The position numbers were made by a program, and so were the translations under genes. A stretch of DNA of 42,344 nt from Gemmatimonadales bacterium. GTDB lineage: Bacteria; Gemmatimonadota; Gemmatimonadetes; Gemmatimonadales; GWC2-71-9. The stretch is taken from the NCBI GenBank assembly GCA_036375015.1, contig DASUSR010000091.1, positions 1 to 42,344 of the forward strand. Reading direction: 5' to 3'. The notes under the pieces were generated by a model that saw only the letters and a list, made by a program, of their open reading frames with translations, made no database searches and was not told the origin of the DNA. Shown here piece after piece: positions 11,266 through 19,797 of this stretch (positions are counted from its first letter, which is position 1; each line of letters begins with the position of its first letter).

Positions 11266-12774
11266 GTGGACGCCAAGTCCACCTTCGTCAAGCGCTTCGG
11301 CGACCTGGTGACGTTGTTCCGGGTGGACCCCGGGAACGACGCCGCGCAGGAGCTCGCGCTCGCCGCCGCGGCGGCGGCGGTCGAGGAGCGCGCGCTCGAG
11401 GTCGAGGCCGGCGTGGAATGGGCCTCCATCCCCGCGGACATGGGGCTCAAGGCCCGGATGCTCGCCCGACAGGTGGACCGCCTCCGGATTTCGGCCGGAG
11501 CGCACCCGGCGGAGCTGCAAGCACTGGCGCGTGCGCTGGCGCACGACCTGACACCTGTCCGCTCCTCCCCCAGCATCCAGGTCGAGTTCGTCCGGCTGCT
11601 CGCGCCGCCGGGTCCGCCGGGAGACGGGGAACCCGACGGCGGGCCTGGCGGCGGCACCCCGGCGCGGCCGGTCCGTGGTGCCGGAGCTCCCCCCAACCGC
11701 CGCCGGGGCGTGGAGCGCCGCCACGGAGACGACCGCCGGCAGGCGCGCCAGCTTCGCTGGTCCGAATTGGAGCGCCGGCGGGGAGTGGAGCGCAGAGCCA
11801 CCGGCGAGCGCCGGCTGTATCTGGTCAAGGACCTTCGGTCGGAAGCCACTCGGCTGCTCGACGCGCTGGTACAGGCCTGCCGTGCGCGGGCGTGGGACGA
11901 GGTGCTGCACGCGAGCTTCGGCCTCATCCACCTGGCACCGCGGATGCCGCAGGCGGAACGGCGGACCTACGCCATCCAGGTGCGGCGCGCGCTCCCTCGA
12001 TCGGCCGTCGAGGCGCTGGCCGACCTGGCGGAGCGCGACTACGTGTCGCGCGACCGAGCCGCGGACGTGCTCGGCTGGATCGGGCTGGACGCGGTCGAGG
12101 TCGCGCTCGAGCGTCTGAGGCGGGGCGAGGCCCTCGGCGTGCGGGTCTTCTACTACGCGGTGGTCGCGGCGGTACCGGGCGCGTTCGCGCAGGTGCGGCC
12201 GATGCTGCGAAGCCACCTGCTCCACGAGGTCCGCCATGGCGCGACGCTGATGGCGCGGCTGCGGTCGCCGGGTGCCCTGGAGGAGTTGGAGCCGCTGCTG
12301 GACCATCCGGACGAGCTGGTCCGAACCGCGGTGGTGCATGCCCTCGGCGAGCTGCACGACGCGCCGGTCGCCGACGCGATTCGCCGGGCCCTGCGGCATC
12401 CCTCTGCCCACACCCGCGCCGCCGCGGCGGAGGCCATCGCCACCTGGCGCGGGGGCGCCCTCGCGCTCCTCATCGCGGCGGCGCTGCAGGATGAGACCGA
12501 TCGGGATGCCTGGCAGGCGATGGTGGGCGCACTCGGCCGGATCGGCTCGGCCGACGCCTGCAACGCCCTGGCGTCGGTGGCGCTGACCCGGCGGAGCATT
12601 CTCCGGCGGAACGGCTATACCACCGGTCAGCGCCTCGCGGCGGTCGCCGCCCTCGGACTCGCCGATACCGCGCACAGCCACTGGACGCTGGAGCGCCTGG
12701 CGCGGGAGAACGAGGGCGTGGTGAGCTACGCGGCCGACCGGGTCCTGCGCGCGGAGGGACTGCGCGCAGGCTAG
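11266..12774 (+). CDS. HEAT-repeat protein with Arg-rich linker
   Basis: The C-terminal half has PBS-lyase/HEAT-like repeats (DELVRTAVVHALGEL..DAIRRALRHPSAHTRAAAAEAI). High GC3. Divergent from the kinase. Confidence 0.7.
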   Translation: MDAKSTFVKRFGDLVTLFRVDPGNDAAQELALAAAAAAVEERALEVEAGVEWASIPADMGLKARMLARQVDRLRISAGAHPAELQALARALAHDLTPVRSSPSIQVEFVRLLAPPGPPGDGEPDGGPGGGTPARPVRGAGAPPNRRRGVERRHGDDRRQARQLRWSELERRRGVERRATGERRLYLVKDLRSEATRLLDALVQACRARAWDEVLHASFGLIHLAPRMPQAERRTYAIQVRRALPRSAVEALADLAERDYVSRDRAADVLGWIGLDAVEVALERLRRGEALGVRVFYYAVVAAVPGAFAQVRPMLRSHLLHEVRHGATLMARLRSPGALEELEPLLDHPDELVRTAVVHALGELHDAPVADAIRRALRHPSAHTRAAAAEAIATWRGGALALLIAAALQDETDRDAWQAMVGALGRIGSADACNALASVALTRRSILRRNGYTTGQRLAAVAALGLADTAHSHWTLERLARENEGVVSYAADRVLRAEGLRAG

Positions 12775-12777
12775 CGG

Positions 12778-13446
12778 TCAGCGGTGAACGTCGAAACCTT
12801 CGATGTGCAGGTCCAGGTTGTGGTTGGCACGGATCCCCACGACGCCGTCGAGCTCCAGGCCGGCGGAGTCCATGCTGTGGACGTCCTGTCCGTTCACCTT
12901 GAACGTGAGCTTGGACGGATCCACCTTGTTGTCCACCTCCAGCAGATTGGTGGCGCCTCCCTTGGCATCGGGCCGCTTCACCGCGGAGTGCGTCACCCAG
13001 CCCTTCGAGATGTCGCTGGTCTTGGCCCCGTCGCGCCGCTTGATCAGGTACGCCCCGTCCTGACGCACCAGGAAGTAGATGTACTTCTGCCCCGCGTCCT
13101 CCAGCCCCTGACCGCCGAAGAACAGCCCGTAGCCTTCGGGATGCGCCGACGGCTTGGTCTGGGTGAACGTGGCCAGCGTGTGGAAGGGACCGGTGCCCCG
13201 GGTGTCGGGTCGGTAGAGGATGAGGGCGGGGCCGGTCGTGACATGGATGCCACCGCCCATGGCCGCGATCCTGGCCTCCGCCGCGTCGGCCTTGCCGTCG
13301 GCCCGAACGGTCCAGCCGGCGGGGATGCCCCCGGCCCCCGACGCGGCCTGCGCCTGCGGCTCGGGCTGGGTGTGGTCGCGGCTCTGCGCCGCCAGCGGCA
13401 GCGCGGCGGCGAGCGTGGCGAGGGCGAGCGGCTGAAAGACGCGCAT
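12778..13446 (-). CDS. Secreted hypothetical protein, possibly DUF1080/LamG-like beta-sandwich
   Basis: Signal peptide MRVFQPLALATLAAALPLAAQ. Beta-rich sequence ending GVVGIRANHNLDLHIEGFDV, reminiscent of DUF1080. The fold assignment is tentative. Confidence 0.65.
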   Translation of the reverse strand: MRVFQPLALATLAAALPLAAQSRDHTQPEPQAQAASGAGGIPAGWTVRADGKADAAEARIAAMGGGIHVTTGPALILYRPDTRGTGPFHTLATFTQTKPSAHPEGYGLFFGGQGLEDAGQKYIYFLVRQDGAYLIKRRDGAKTSDISKGWVTHSAVKRPDAKGGATNLLEVDNKVDPSKLTFKVNGQDVHSMDSAGLELDGVVGIRANHNLDLHIEGFDVHR

Positions 13447-13582
13447 GCTGGATTCCTCGATGGTTGGTGTCGGTCGGTATGGCCCCGGCGCGGACCGGGT
13501 GGCCGCGTGGGTTGCGGCGACCCGGGCCCCACGGCTAACCTACGGCCCGTCCAGCGCCGTAGTTCTGCTCCGGAGACGCACT

Positions 13583-13759
13583 ATGCTCTACTGGCTCGGG
13601 GTCCTGCTCGCCGGCATCGGCGCCACCCTCATCCTCTCGGCCCTGGCCTTCGTCTCGGCCCTGATCGGCGTCCTGGTGAACGGGATGATCGTCCTGATGT
13701 GCGGCCCCATCATCGACCGGTTCGCCGCCCGGCGCGCTGGGAGTCCGGCGCGCAGCTAA
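13583..13759 (+). CDS. Small (58 aa) two-TM membrane protein
   Basis: MLYWLGVLLAGIGATLILSALAFVSALIGVLVNGMIVLMCGPII. Almost every third position is G/C. Confidence 0.55.
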   Translation: MLYWLGVLLAGIGATLILSALAFVSALIGVLVNGMIVLMCGPIIDRFAARRAGSPARS

Positions 13760-14100
13760 CCCGGCGTTTCCGGAGTGGTCGCCGAGCGCATCGCGGCCTC
13801 GAAGTTGATCTTGAGGCTCCCCAGCAGCTCTCGCAGGCCCCGCACCTTCATCTGCAGCCCGCCACCGCGGCGGGTCATCGTCGCCATCAGTCCGGCGGTG
13901 TCCGCAAGGCCGGTGAGGCTGAGGGCGGCCGAGTTGCCCTTGATCTCGTCGAGCAGCCGCGCCAGCCCCCGCACGACGACGTCGTCGGCCCGCAGCGAGG
14001 CCATCTCCTCGATCACGGCGTGGATCCGCTGGAACTTGGGAGGCAGCGTCTGGAGGTAGGTCAGCTGCGCCTGCTGTCGCGAGGAGAGCTTGACGGCCAT
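13756..14100 (-). CDS. Hpt-like four-helix protein lacking the phospho-acceptor His
   Basis: LARLLDEIKGNSAALSLTGLAD parallels the HPt signature (YPD1 LGHFLKGSSAALGL), with Asp where His is expected. High GC3. ATG at 14100 (MAVKLS). Confidence 0.55.
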   Translation of the reverse strand: MAVKLSSRQQAQLTYLQTLPPKFQRIHAVIEEMASLRADDVVVRGLARLLDEIKGNSAALSLTGLADTAGLMATMTRRGGGLQMKVRGLRELLGSLKINFEAAMRSATTPETPG

Positions 14101-14160
14101 GGGGTTCCGCGCCGATGGAGACACCGCAAAGTAATGCCGGGCGCTGAATCTCTCGCCCCC

Positions 14161-14179
14161 GCGTTGCGTAGGGCAACGC
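14161..14179. promoter_or_regulatory. Perfect inverted repeat GCGTTGC-N5-GCAACGC in the divergent region upstream of the RND operon
   Basis: Read directly from the sequence: 14161-14167 and 14173-14179 are reverse complements. Confidence 0.35.
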
Positions 14180-14243
14180 ACGCTCGCGGCGCGACGTGCG
14201 GCGCGGGCGGCGTAGGACCCGCTACTACCTGCAGGGTAACCTT

Positions 14244-17200
14244 ATGAAACTCGCTGACATCTCCATTCGGCGGCCGGTGCTGGCCAGCATGGTCAGTATC
14301 GCGCTCGTGCTGTTCGGGGTGATCGGGTACGTCAATCTGTCCGTCCGCGAGTTTCCCGACGTGGACCCGCCGATCATTTCGGTCCAGACCGCCCTGCCCG
14401 GCGCTAACCCGCAGGTGGTCGAGTCGGCCGTCACCGACATTCTCGAGGAGGAGCTGAGCACGGTGCAGGGGATTCGGACCCTGACCAGCTCGAGCGCCGA
14501 GCAGTTCAGCAACATCACCCTCGAGTTCACCCTCGACCGGCCGGTGGAGGACGCGGCGCAGGATGTCCGGGACAAGGTGTCGCGGGTGCGCGGGCGGCTG
14601 CCGGACGACGTCGAGGAGCCGGTGGTAGCCAAGCAGGAGGCCGATGCCCAGCCCTTCATGTGGCTGGCGCTCTCCGGGGAGAATTACGACCTGCTCCAGC
14701 TCTCGGACGTGGCCGACCGGGTCGTGAAGACCCGGCTGCAGAGCGTGCCCGGCGTGGGGCGGATCTTCATCGGGGGCGAGCGCCGCTTCTCCATGCGGGT
14801 CTGGCTGGACGCCTCGGAGCTGGCCGCACGGTCGCTCACCGTCCAGGACGTCGAGAACGCCATTCGCAGCCGCAACGTGGAGATTCCGGCGGGGCGGATC
14901 GAATCGGATCGGCGGGAGTTCACCGTCCGCTCGCTGGGCGAGCTCAAGACCCCGGACGAGTTCAGCCAGCTCGTGGTCTCCAACGTCGACGGCCAGATGG
15001 TGACGCTGGACGACCTCGGCCGGGTCGAGCTGGGCCCGGAGGACGAGCGCAGCGCCCTCCGCTACCGCGGCACGCCCTCGGTCGGCGTCGGGGTGGTCCG
15101 CCAGTCCAAGTCCAACCTGGTGGAAGTGGCCGACGCGGTCCACGCCGCCCTGCCGGCCATCCAGGCGGTGCTGCCTCCCGGGGTGCGGATCATTGCGACG
15201 TTCGACCAGTCGATCTTCGTGAAGCGCTCCATCCAGGAGGCCGAGGAGACGCTGCTGATCGCGGCGCTGCTCGTGGTGCTCATCATCTTCGTCTTCCTGC
15301 GGAACCTGCGCGCCACGATCATCCCGGCGTTCGCCATTCCGACGTCGATCATCTCGACGTTCGCCCTCATGTACTTCCTCGGGTTCTCCATCAACAACCT
15401 GACGCTGCTGGCGCTCACGCTGGCGATCGGGATCGTGGTGGACGACGCCATCATCGTGCTGGAGAACGCCTACCGGCACCAGGAGGAGCTGCACGAGGAC
15501 CCCGAGACCGCCGCCATGAAGGGCACCGGGGAGATCGGGTTCGCGGTGGTCGCGACCACCATCGCGCTGGTGGCGGTGTTCACCCCGCTCGCCTTTCTCC
15601 AGGGCAACACCGGCCGGCTCTTCAATGAGTTCGGCATCGCCGTCGCGGGCTCGGTGCTGATCTCGGGCTTCGTGGCGCTCACACTCACGCCGATGCTCTG
15701 CGCCAAGATCCTGCGGGTGCCGCCCCGGCACGGGGCTGTCTACCAGGTGCTGGAGCGCGGCTTCAACGGGATCGCGAGCGGCTACGCCCGCACCCTCCGC
15801 TGGGCCCTGCACCACCGCATGCTCATGGTGGGGCTGGCGCTGCTGACGGCCCTGGGGGCGGTCGTCACCTTCCGCTCGCTCAAGCGCGAGTTCGTGCCGC
15901 CCGAGGACCGTGGGTTCTTCTTCACCATGGTCATCGCGCCGGAGGGGTCCACGCTGAACTACACCGACGGCTACATCCGCCGGCTCGAGAAGATCTTCGC
16001 CAGCGTGCCCGAGATCGAGCACTACTTCAGCATCACCGGCGCGTTCTTCGGCACGCCCAGCCGCGGGGGCGTCTTCGCCAGGCTCACCGACTGGAGCGAC
16101 CGGGATCGGACCGTCCAGGACATCATGGGCGAGGTGCAGCCGCAGCTCTTCGGGGTGCCGGGGGTGATGGCGTTCGCGATCAATCCCCCCGCCTTCGGCG
16201 GGTTCGGCAACCCGGTGCAGTTCGTGGTGCAGCATTCGGACTTCGAGCAGCTGCAGTACGCCGTGGACACGATGATGAAGCGGATCGCCAAGGTGCCCGG
16301 CCTGGTCAACGTGGACAGCGACCTGCGGGTGAACAAGCCGGAGCTGACCGTGTCCTTCGAGCGCGACCGCGCGGAGGACCTCGGGGTGCCGGTGGGCGAC
16401 GTGGCGTCGGCGCTCCAGACCCTGCTCGGCGGGCGGGAGGTGAGCACCTTCACCCGGAACAACCGGCTCTACGACGTCATCGTCCAGCTCACGCCCGAGA
16501 CCCGGGCCACCCCCAGCGACATGAGCGGCATCTTTCTCCGCGGCCGGGACGGCGGCCTGGTGCAGCTCGACGCGCTCGCCACGATCGAGGAGGGCGTGGG
16601 CCCGCGGCAGCTGGCCCACTTCAACCGGGTGCGGTCGGCGACCATCTCGGCCGGCCTGGCTCCCGGATTCGCCCTGGGCGAGGCCCTCGACTCGATGTAC
16701 GCCATCGCGAACGAGGTGCTGCCCCGCGGCTCCACCACCGCGCTCGCGGGCGAGTCGCGCGAGCTGGAGGAGAGCGGGTCCGCGCTGTACTTCGCCTTCG
16801 GCCTGGCCCTGATCGTGGTGTTCATGGTGCTCGCGTCCCAGTTCGAGTCGCTGGTGCACCCCTTCACCGTGTTGCTCTCCGTGCCGCTGGCGGTCACGGG
16901 CGCGCTCCTCACACTCAAGCTCGCCGACAGCACGCTCAACCTGTACAGCCAGATCGGCATGATCCTGCTGATCGGGCTGGTGACCAAGAACTCGATCCTG
17001 CTCGTGGACTACACCAACCAGCTCAAGGAGCGCGGGCTCGGGACCCTGGACGCCGCGCTCGAGGCCGGGCGGATCCGCCTGCGGCCGATCCTGATGACCT
17101 CGGTCGCGACCGTGATGGGCGCCATGCCCATCGCGCTGGGCCTCGGCGCCGGCTCGCTCAGCCGCCGGCCGCTGGGCTATGCCATCGTGGGCGGACTCGT

Positions 17201-17327
17201 GTTCTCCACGCTGCTCACCCTCTACATCGTCCCCTCGGTGTACGTCATCTTCGACGGCCTTCTGGCCCGGGTGCGGGGGCACGCGCCGGCGGCGCACGCC
17301 GGGTACGCCCCGGCGGAGGCGGAGTGA
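14244..17327 (+). CDS. RND family efflux pump inner-membrane transporter (AcrB/HAE1-like)
   Basis: About 1027 aa with a 12-TM RND layout: N-terminal MKLADISIRRPVLASMV, the AIGIVVDDAIIVLENA motif, and large periplasmic loops. Confidence 0.92.
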   Translation: MKLADISIRRPVLASMVSIALVLFGVIGYVNLSVREFPDVDPPIISVQTALPGANPQVVESAVTDILEEELSTVQGIRTLTSSSAEQFSNITLEFTLDRPVEDAAQDVRDKVSRVRGRLPDDVEEPVVAKQEADAQPFMWLALSGENYDLLQLSDVADRVVKTRLQSVPGVGRIFIGGERRFSMRVWLDASELAARSLTVQDVENAIRSRNVEIPAGRIESDRREFTVRSLGELKTPDEFSQLVVSNVDGQMVTLDDLGRVELGPEDERSALRYRGTPSVGVGVVRQSKSNLVEVADAVHAALPAIQAVLPPGVRIIATFDQSIFVKRSIQEAEETLLIAALLVVLIIFVFLRNLRATIIPAFAIPTSIISTFALMYFLGFSINNLTLLALTLAIGIVVDDAIIVLENAYRHQEELHEDPETAAMKGTGEIGFAVVATTIALVAVFTPLAFLQGNTGRLFNEFGIAVAGSVLISGFVALTLTPMLCAKILRVPPRHGAVYQVLERGFNGIASGYARTLRWALHHRMLMVGLALLTALGAVVTFRSLKREFVPPEDRGFFFTMVIAPEGSTLNYTDGYIRRLEKIFASVPEIEHYFSITGAFFGTPSRGGVFARLTDWSDRDRTVQDIMGEVQPQLFGVPGVMAFAINPPAFGGFGNPVQFVVQHSDFEQLQYAVDTMMKRIAKVPGLVNVDSDLRVNKPELTVSFERDRAEDLGVPVGDVASALQTLLGGREVSTFTRNNRLYDVIVQLTPETRATPSDMSGIFLRGRDGGLVQLDALATIEEGVGPRQLAHFNRVRSATISAGLAPGFALGEALDSMYAIANEVLPRGSTTALAGESRELEESGSALYFAFGLALIVVFMVLASQFESLVHPFTVLLSVPLAVTGALLTLKLADSTLNLYSQIGMILLIGLVTKNSILLVDYTNQLKERGLGTLDAALEAGRIRLRPILMTSVATVMGAMPIALGLGAGSLSRRPLGYAIVGGLVFSTLLTLYIVPSVYVIFDGLLARVRGHAPAAHAGYAPAEAE

Positions 17328-18631
17328 TGCTCGCCCTGCTGCTCGCGCTCCAGGCCACGGCCGCCGTGCCGCCGGCCGATTCGGGCTCGGCCGACAGCCT
17401 GCCGCGCATCACGCTCCAGGAGGCGATCCGCCGCTCGGCGCAGCTCGACCCCGACTACGTGACCGCGCTGGGCCGGATCGAGGACGCCGAATGGGGACGC
17501 CGCGCCGCCCGGCTCGCGTTCTTCCTGCCGTCGGTGCAGCTGGGGCTCGACGAGACGAAGTACTCGAGGGCCTTCTTCAACCCCGCCGATCCGACCAGCC
17601 CGACCAGCACGCTCGTCGTGGGCCGGGCCAGCGCCGACTACGAGGTCTTCAGCCTCCGCAAGATCGCCGAGCTCTCCCGCACCCGGGCCGAGCTGGAGAC
17701 CGCCGAGGCCGGGGAGCTGGAGCAGCGCTTCCTGGCCGCGCTGGAGACCGAGTCGAGCTACTACGATGTCCTGGTGAACGCGGAGCTGGGCCGGGTGGCG
17801 CAGGAGCGGGCCAATCGGGCCCGCGAGGGGCTCGGCATCGCCCGCGCCCGGGTCGTGTCCGGGGCCGCCGTCCAGACCGATTCGCTCCAGCTGGTGCTGG
17901 AGGTGACCCGGGCCGATGTGGAGGTCCTGCGGCAGCGAAACGCGCTGCGGACCGCCCGGCTGGAGCTGGGGCGCCGGGTGGGGGCCGACGGCCCCGTGGA
18001 CGCCGAGCCCCTGGACACCAACCCCGCGCCGGATCTGCCCATCCCGCTGGCCGAGGCGCTGCGCGCCGCGCTGGATCAGGGCCCGCAGTACCGCGCCGCC
18101 CGGGCCCGGGAGCGCTCCGCGGAGGCCGCGGTGCGGTCCCAGCGGAGCGACTACCTGCCCACGCTGTCGATCGGTGGGCTGCACCAGCGTTACGACACGG
18201 AGATCTTCCCCGGCGCGTCCAATGTCAGCTCGGTCACCTTTAGCCTCTCCTTCCCCATCTGGAACAACGGGCAGCGGGAGATCGAGGTGACCCGCGCGCG
18301 GGTGAACCGCGACGTGGCGCGCGCCATCCGCTCGGATCTGGAGCGGGCCATCCGGCGGGACGTCACCGCCGCCTACGACACCTATCAGACCAGCAGGGCC
18401 GCCGTGGAGCTCGCGGTGGTGGGGGTGGCCGTGGCGCGGGAGAACTACCGGATGCAGGAGATGCGGTATCGGGCCGGCGCCGGAACGATTCTCGACCTGT
18501 TGGATGCGCAGGTGAACGTCGCTCAGGCCGAGGCAGACCTGGTGCAGGCCCGGTACGAGACCCGCCTCGCCCTCGCCGGACTCGAGGCGATTCTGGGCCG
18601 CAGACTTTTTGCCGACAAGGGTGCCCCGTGA
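17324..18631 (+). CDS. TolC-like outer membrane efflux factor
   Basis: Signal peptide and two OEP repeats (ARLELGRRVG..., RYRAGAGTILDLLDAQVNVAQAEADLVQARYE). The start overlaps the pump stop. Confidence 0.85.
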   Translation: MMLALLLALQATAAVPPADSGSADSLPRITLQEAIRRSAQLDPDYVTALGRIEDAEWGRRAARLAFFLPSVQLGLDETKYSRAFFNPADPTSPTSTLVVGRASADYEVFSLRKIAELSRTRAELETAEAGELEQRFLAALETESSYYDVLVNAELGRVAQERANRAREGLGIARARVVSGAAVQTDSLQLVLEVTRADVEVLRQRNALRTARLELGRRVGADGPVDAEPLDTNPAPDLPIPLAEALRAALDQGPQYRAARARERSAEAAVRSQRSDYLPTLSIGGLHQRYDTEIFPGASNVSSVTFSLSFPIWNNGQREIEVTRARVNRDVARAIRSDLERAIRRDVTAAYDTYQTSRAAVELAVVGVAVARENYRMQEMRYRAGAGTILDLLDAQVNVAQAEADLVQARYETRLALAGLEAILGRRLFADKGAP

Positions 18632-19797
18632 GACCGATCGTGGGAGTCAAGCCGTCCCTGCTCCTCGCCGCGCTGCTGCTCGGAGTCACCGGGTGCAACA
18701 GCGCCGGCGGCCAGCCCAAGGGAGAAGATGGTGGCGGAGGCGGCGGGCCTCCACCGATGCCGGTGGAGGTCGTGGTGGCTCGCGCCGACACCGTGGTGGA
18801 CGCGATTCTGGCGACCGGCCAGGTCGAGGCGATGCAATCCGTCGAGCTTCGCCCGGTGATCGAAGGACGCATTGCGGCGATTCTGGTGCGGGAAGGGCGG
18901 GAAGTCGCCCGGGGCACGCCCCTCTTCAAGGTGGACGACGAGGAGCTGCAGGCCGAGGTGGCGCGCGCCGAAGCCGAACGGGACCTGGCGCGCCAGTCGC
19001 TGGCGCGCACCCGAGACCTCCTGGCCCAGAAGGCGTCCAGCCAGGCCGAGCTCGAGCGTGCCGAAGCCACCGCGCGCAGCACCGAGGCACAGCTGCAGCT
19101 CCTCCGGGTGCGGCTGGACCGGACCACGGTGCGTGCCCCGTTCGGCGGCGTGGTGGGGCAGCGGTTCGTCAGCCTGGGCGACTACGTGACGACCAGCACT
19201 CCCCTGGCCACGCTCCAGAGCGTCTCGCCCCAGCGCGCGGTGTTCCAGGTGCCCGAGCGCTACGCGGAGCGGCTCAAGGTGGGTCAGGAGGTGACGTTCC
19301 GGGTGGCCGCCATCCCCGGCAAGGAGTTCGTCGGCCGGGTGGACTTCGTCGATCCGGTGGTGCAGCTGCCGGGCCGCACCATCATGGTGAAAGCCGAGGT
19401 CCCCAACCGGCGCCGGGAGCTCCAGACCGGCATGTTCATCGAGGCCCGGCTCGCCACGGCCGTGCGGCCCGACGCCGTGGTCATCGCGGAGGACGCGGTG
19501 CTGCCGCTCCAGGGCGCCAACTTCGTCTGGGTGGTGACGCCCGACGGGAAGGCCACCCGGCGGCAGGTGGACATCGGCGTGCGGACACCGGGATTCGTGG
19601 AGGCCCGGACCGGCGTCGAGGCGGGGGAGCAGGTCGTGGTGGCGGGGCAGGAGCGCCTGTCGGAGGGTGCACCCGCGGCTCCCACGGTCGTGGACCGCAC
19701 CCCGCAGCGCGGGACCGAAGAGCCGGCGACCGCCGCCGATACCGCCAGCGCGGGGGACACCGTCGCCCAGGACGCCGGGCGCCCCGCCGCGCCGTAG
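18628..19797 (+). CDS. RND membrane fusion (periplasmic adaptor) protein, lipoprotein
   Basis: Lipobox LLGVTGC, a coiled-coil segment and a beta-barrel region (RAPFGGVVGQRFVSLGDYV). GTG overlaps the OMF stop. Confidence 0.88.
   Translation: MRPIVGVKPSLLLAALLLGVTGCNSAGGQPKGEDGGGGGGPPPMPVEVVVARADTVVDAILATGQVEAMQSVELRPVIEGRIAAILVREGREVARGTPLFKVDDEELQAEVARAEAERDLARQSLARTRDLLAQKASSQAELERAEATARSTEAQLQLLRVRLDRTTVRAPFGGVVGQRFVSLGDYVTTSTPLATLQSVSPQRAVFQVPERYAERLKVGQEVTFRVAAIPGKEFVGRVDFVDPVVQLPGRTIMVKAEVPNRRRELQTGMFIEARLATAVRPDAVVIAEDAVLPLQGANFVWVVTPDGKATRRQVDIGVRTPGFVEARTGVEAGEQVVVAGQERLSEGAPAAPTVVDRTPQRGTEEPATAADTASAGDTVAQDAGRPAAP

Noticed and set aside
14061-17297. 1078-aa ORF antisense to the RND pump gene. 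Similar long ORFs: 913..2196(-), 3741..5111(-), 4978..6864(-), 8352..9614(+), 9777..12494(+), 12784..14247(+), 24647..26278(+), 29668..31533(-), 40579..42318(-).
   Set aside because: Their Arg/Gly/Pro/Ala-rich low-complexity translations are typical of stop-codon-poor alternative frames in high-GC DNA. Each one overlaps a gene with clear family motifs in another frame.
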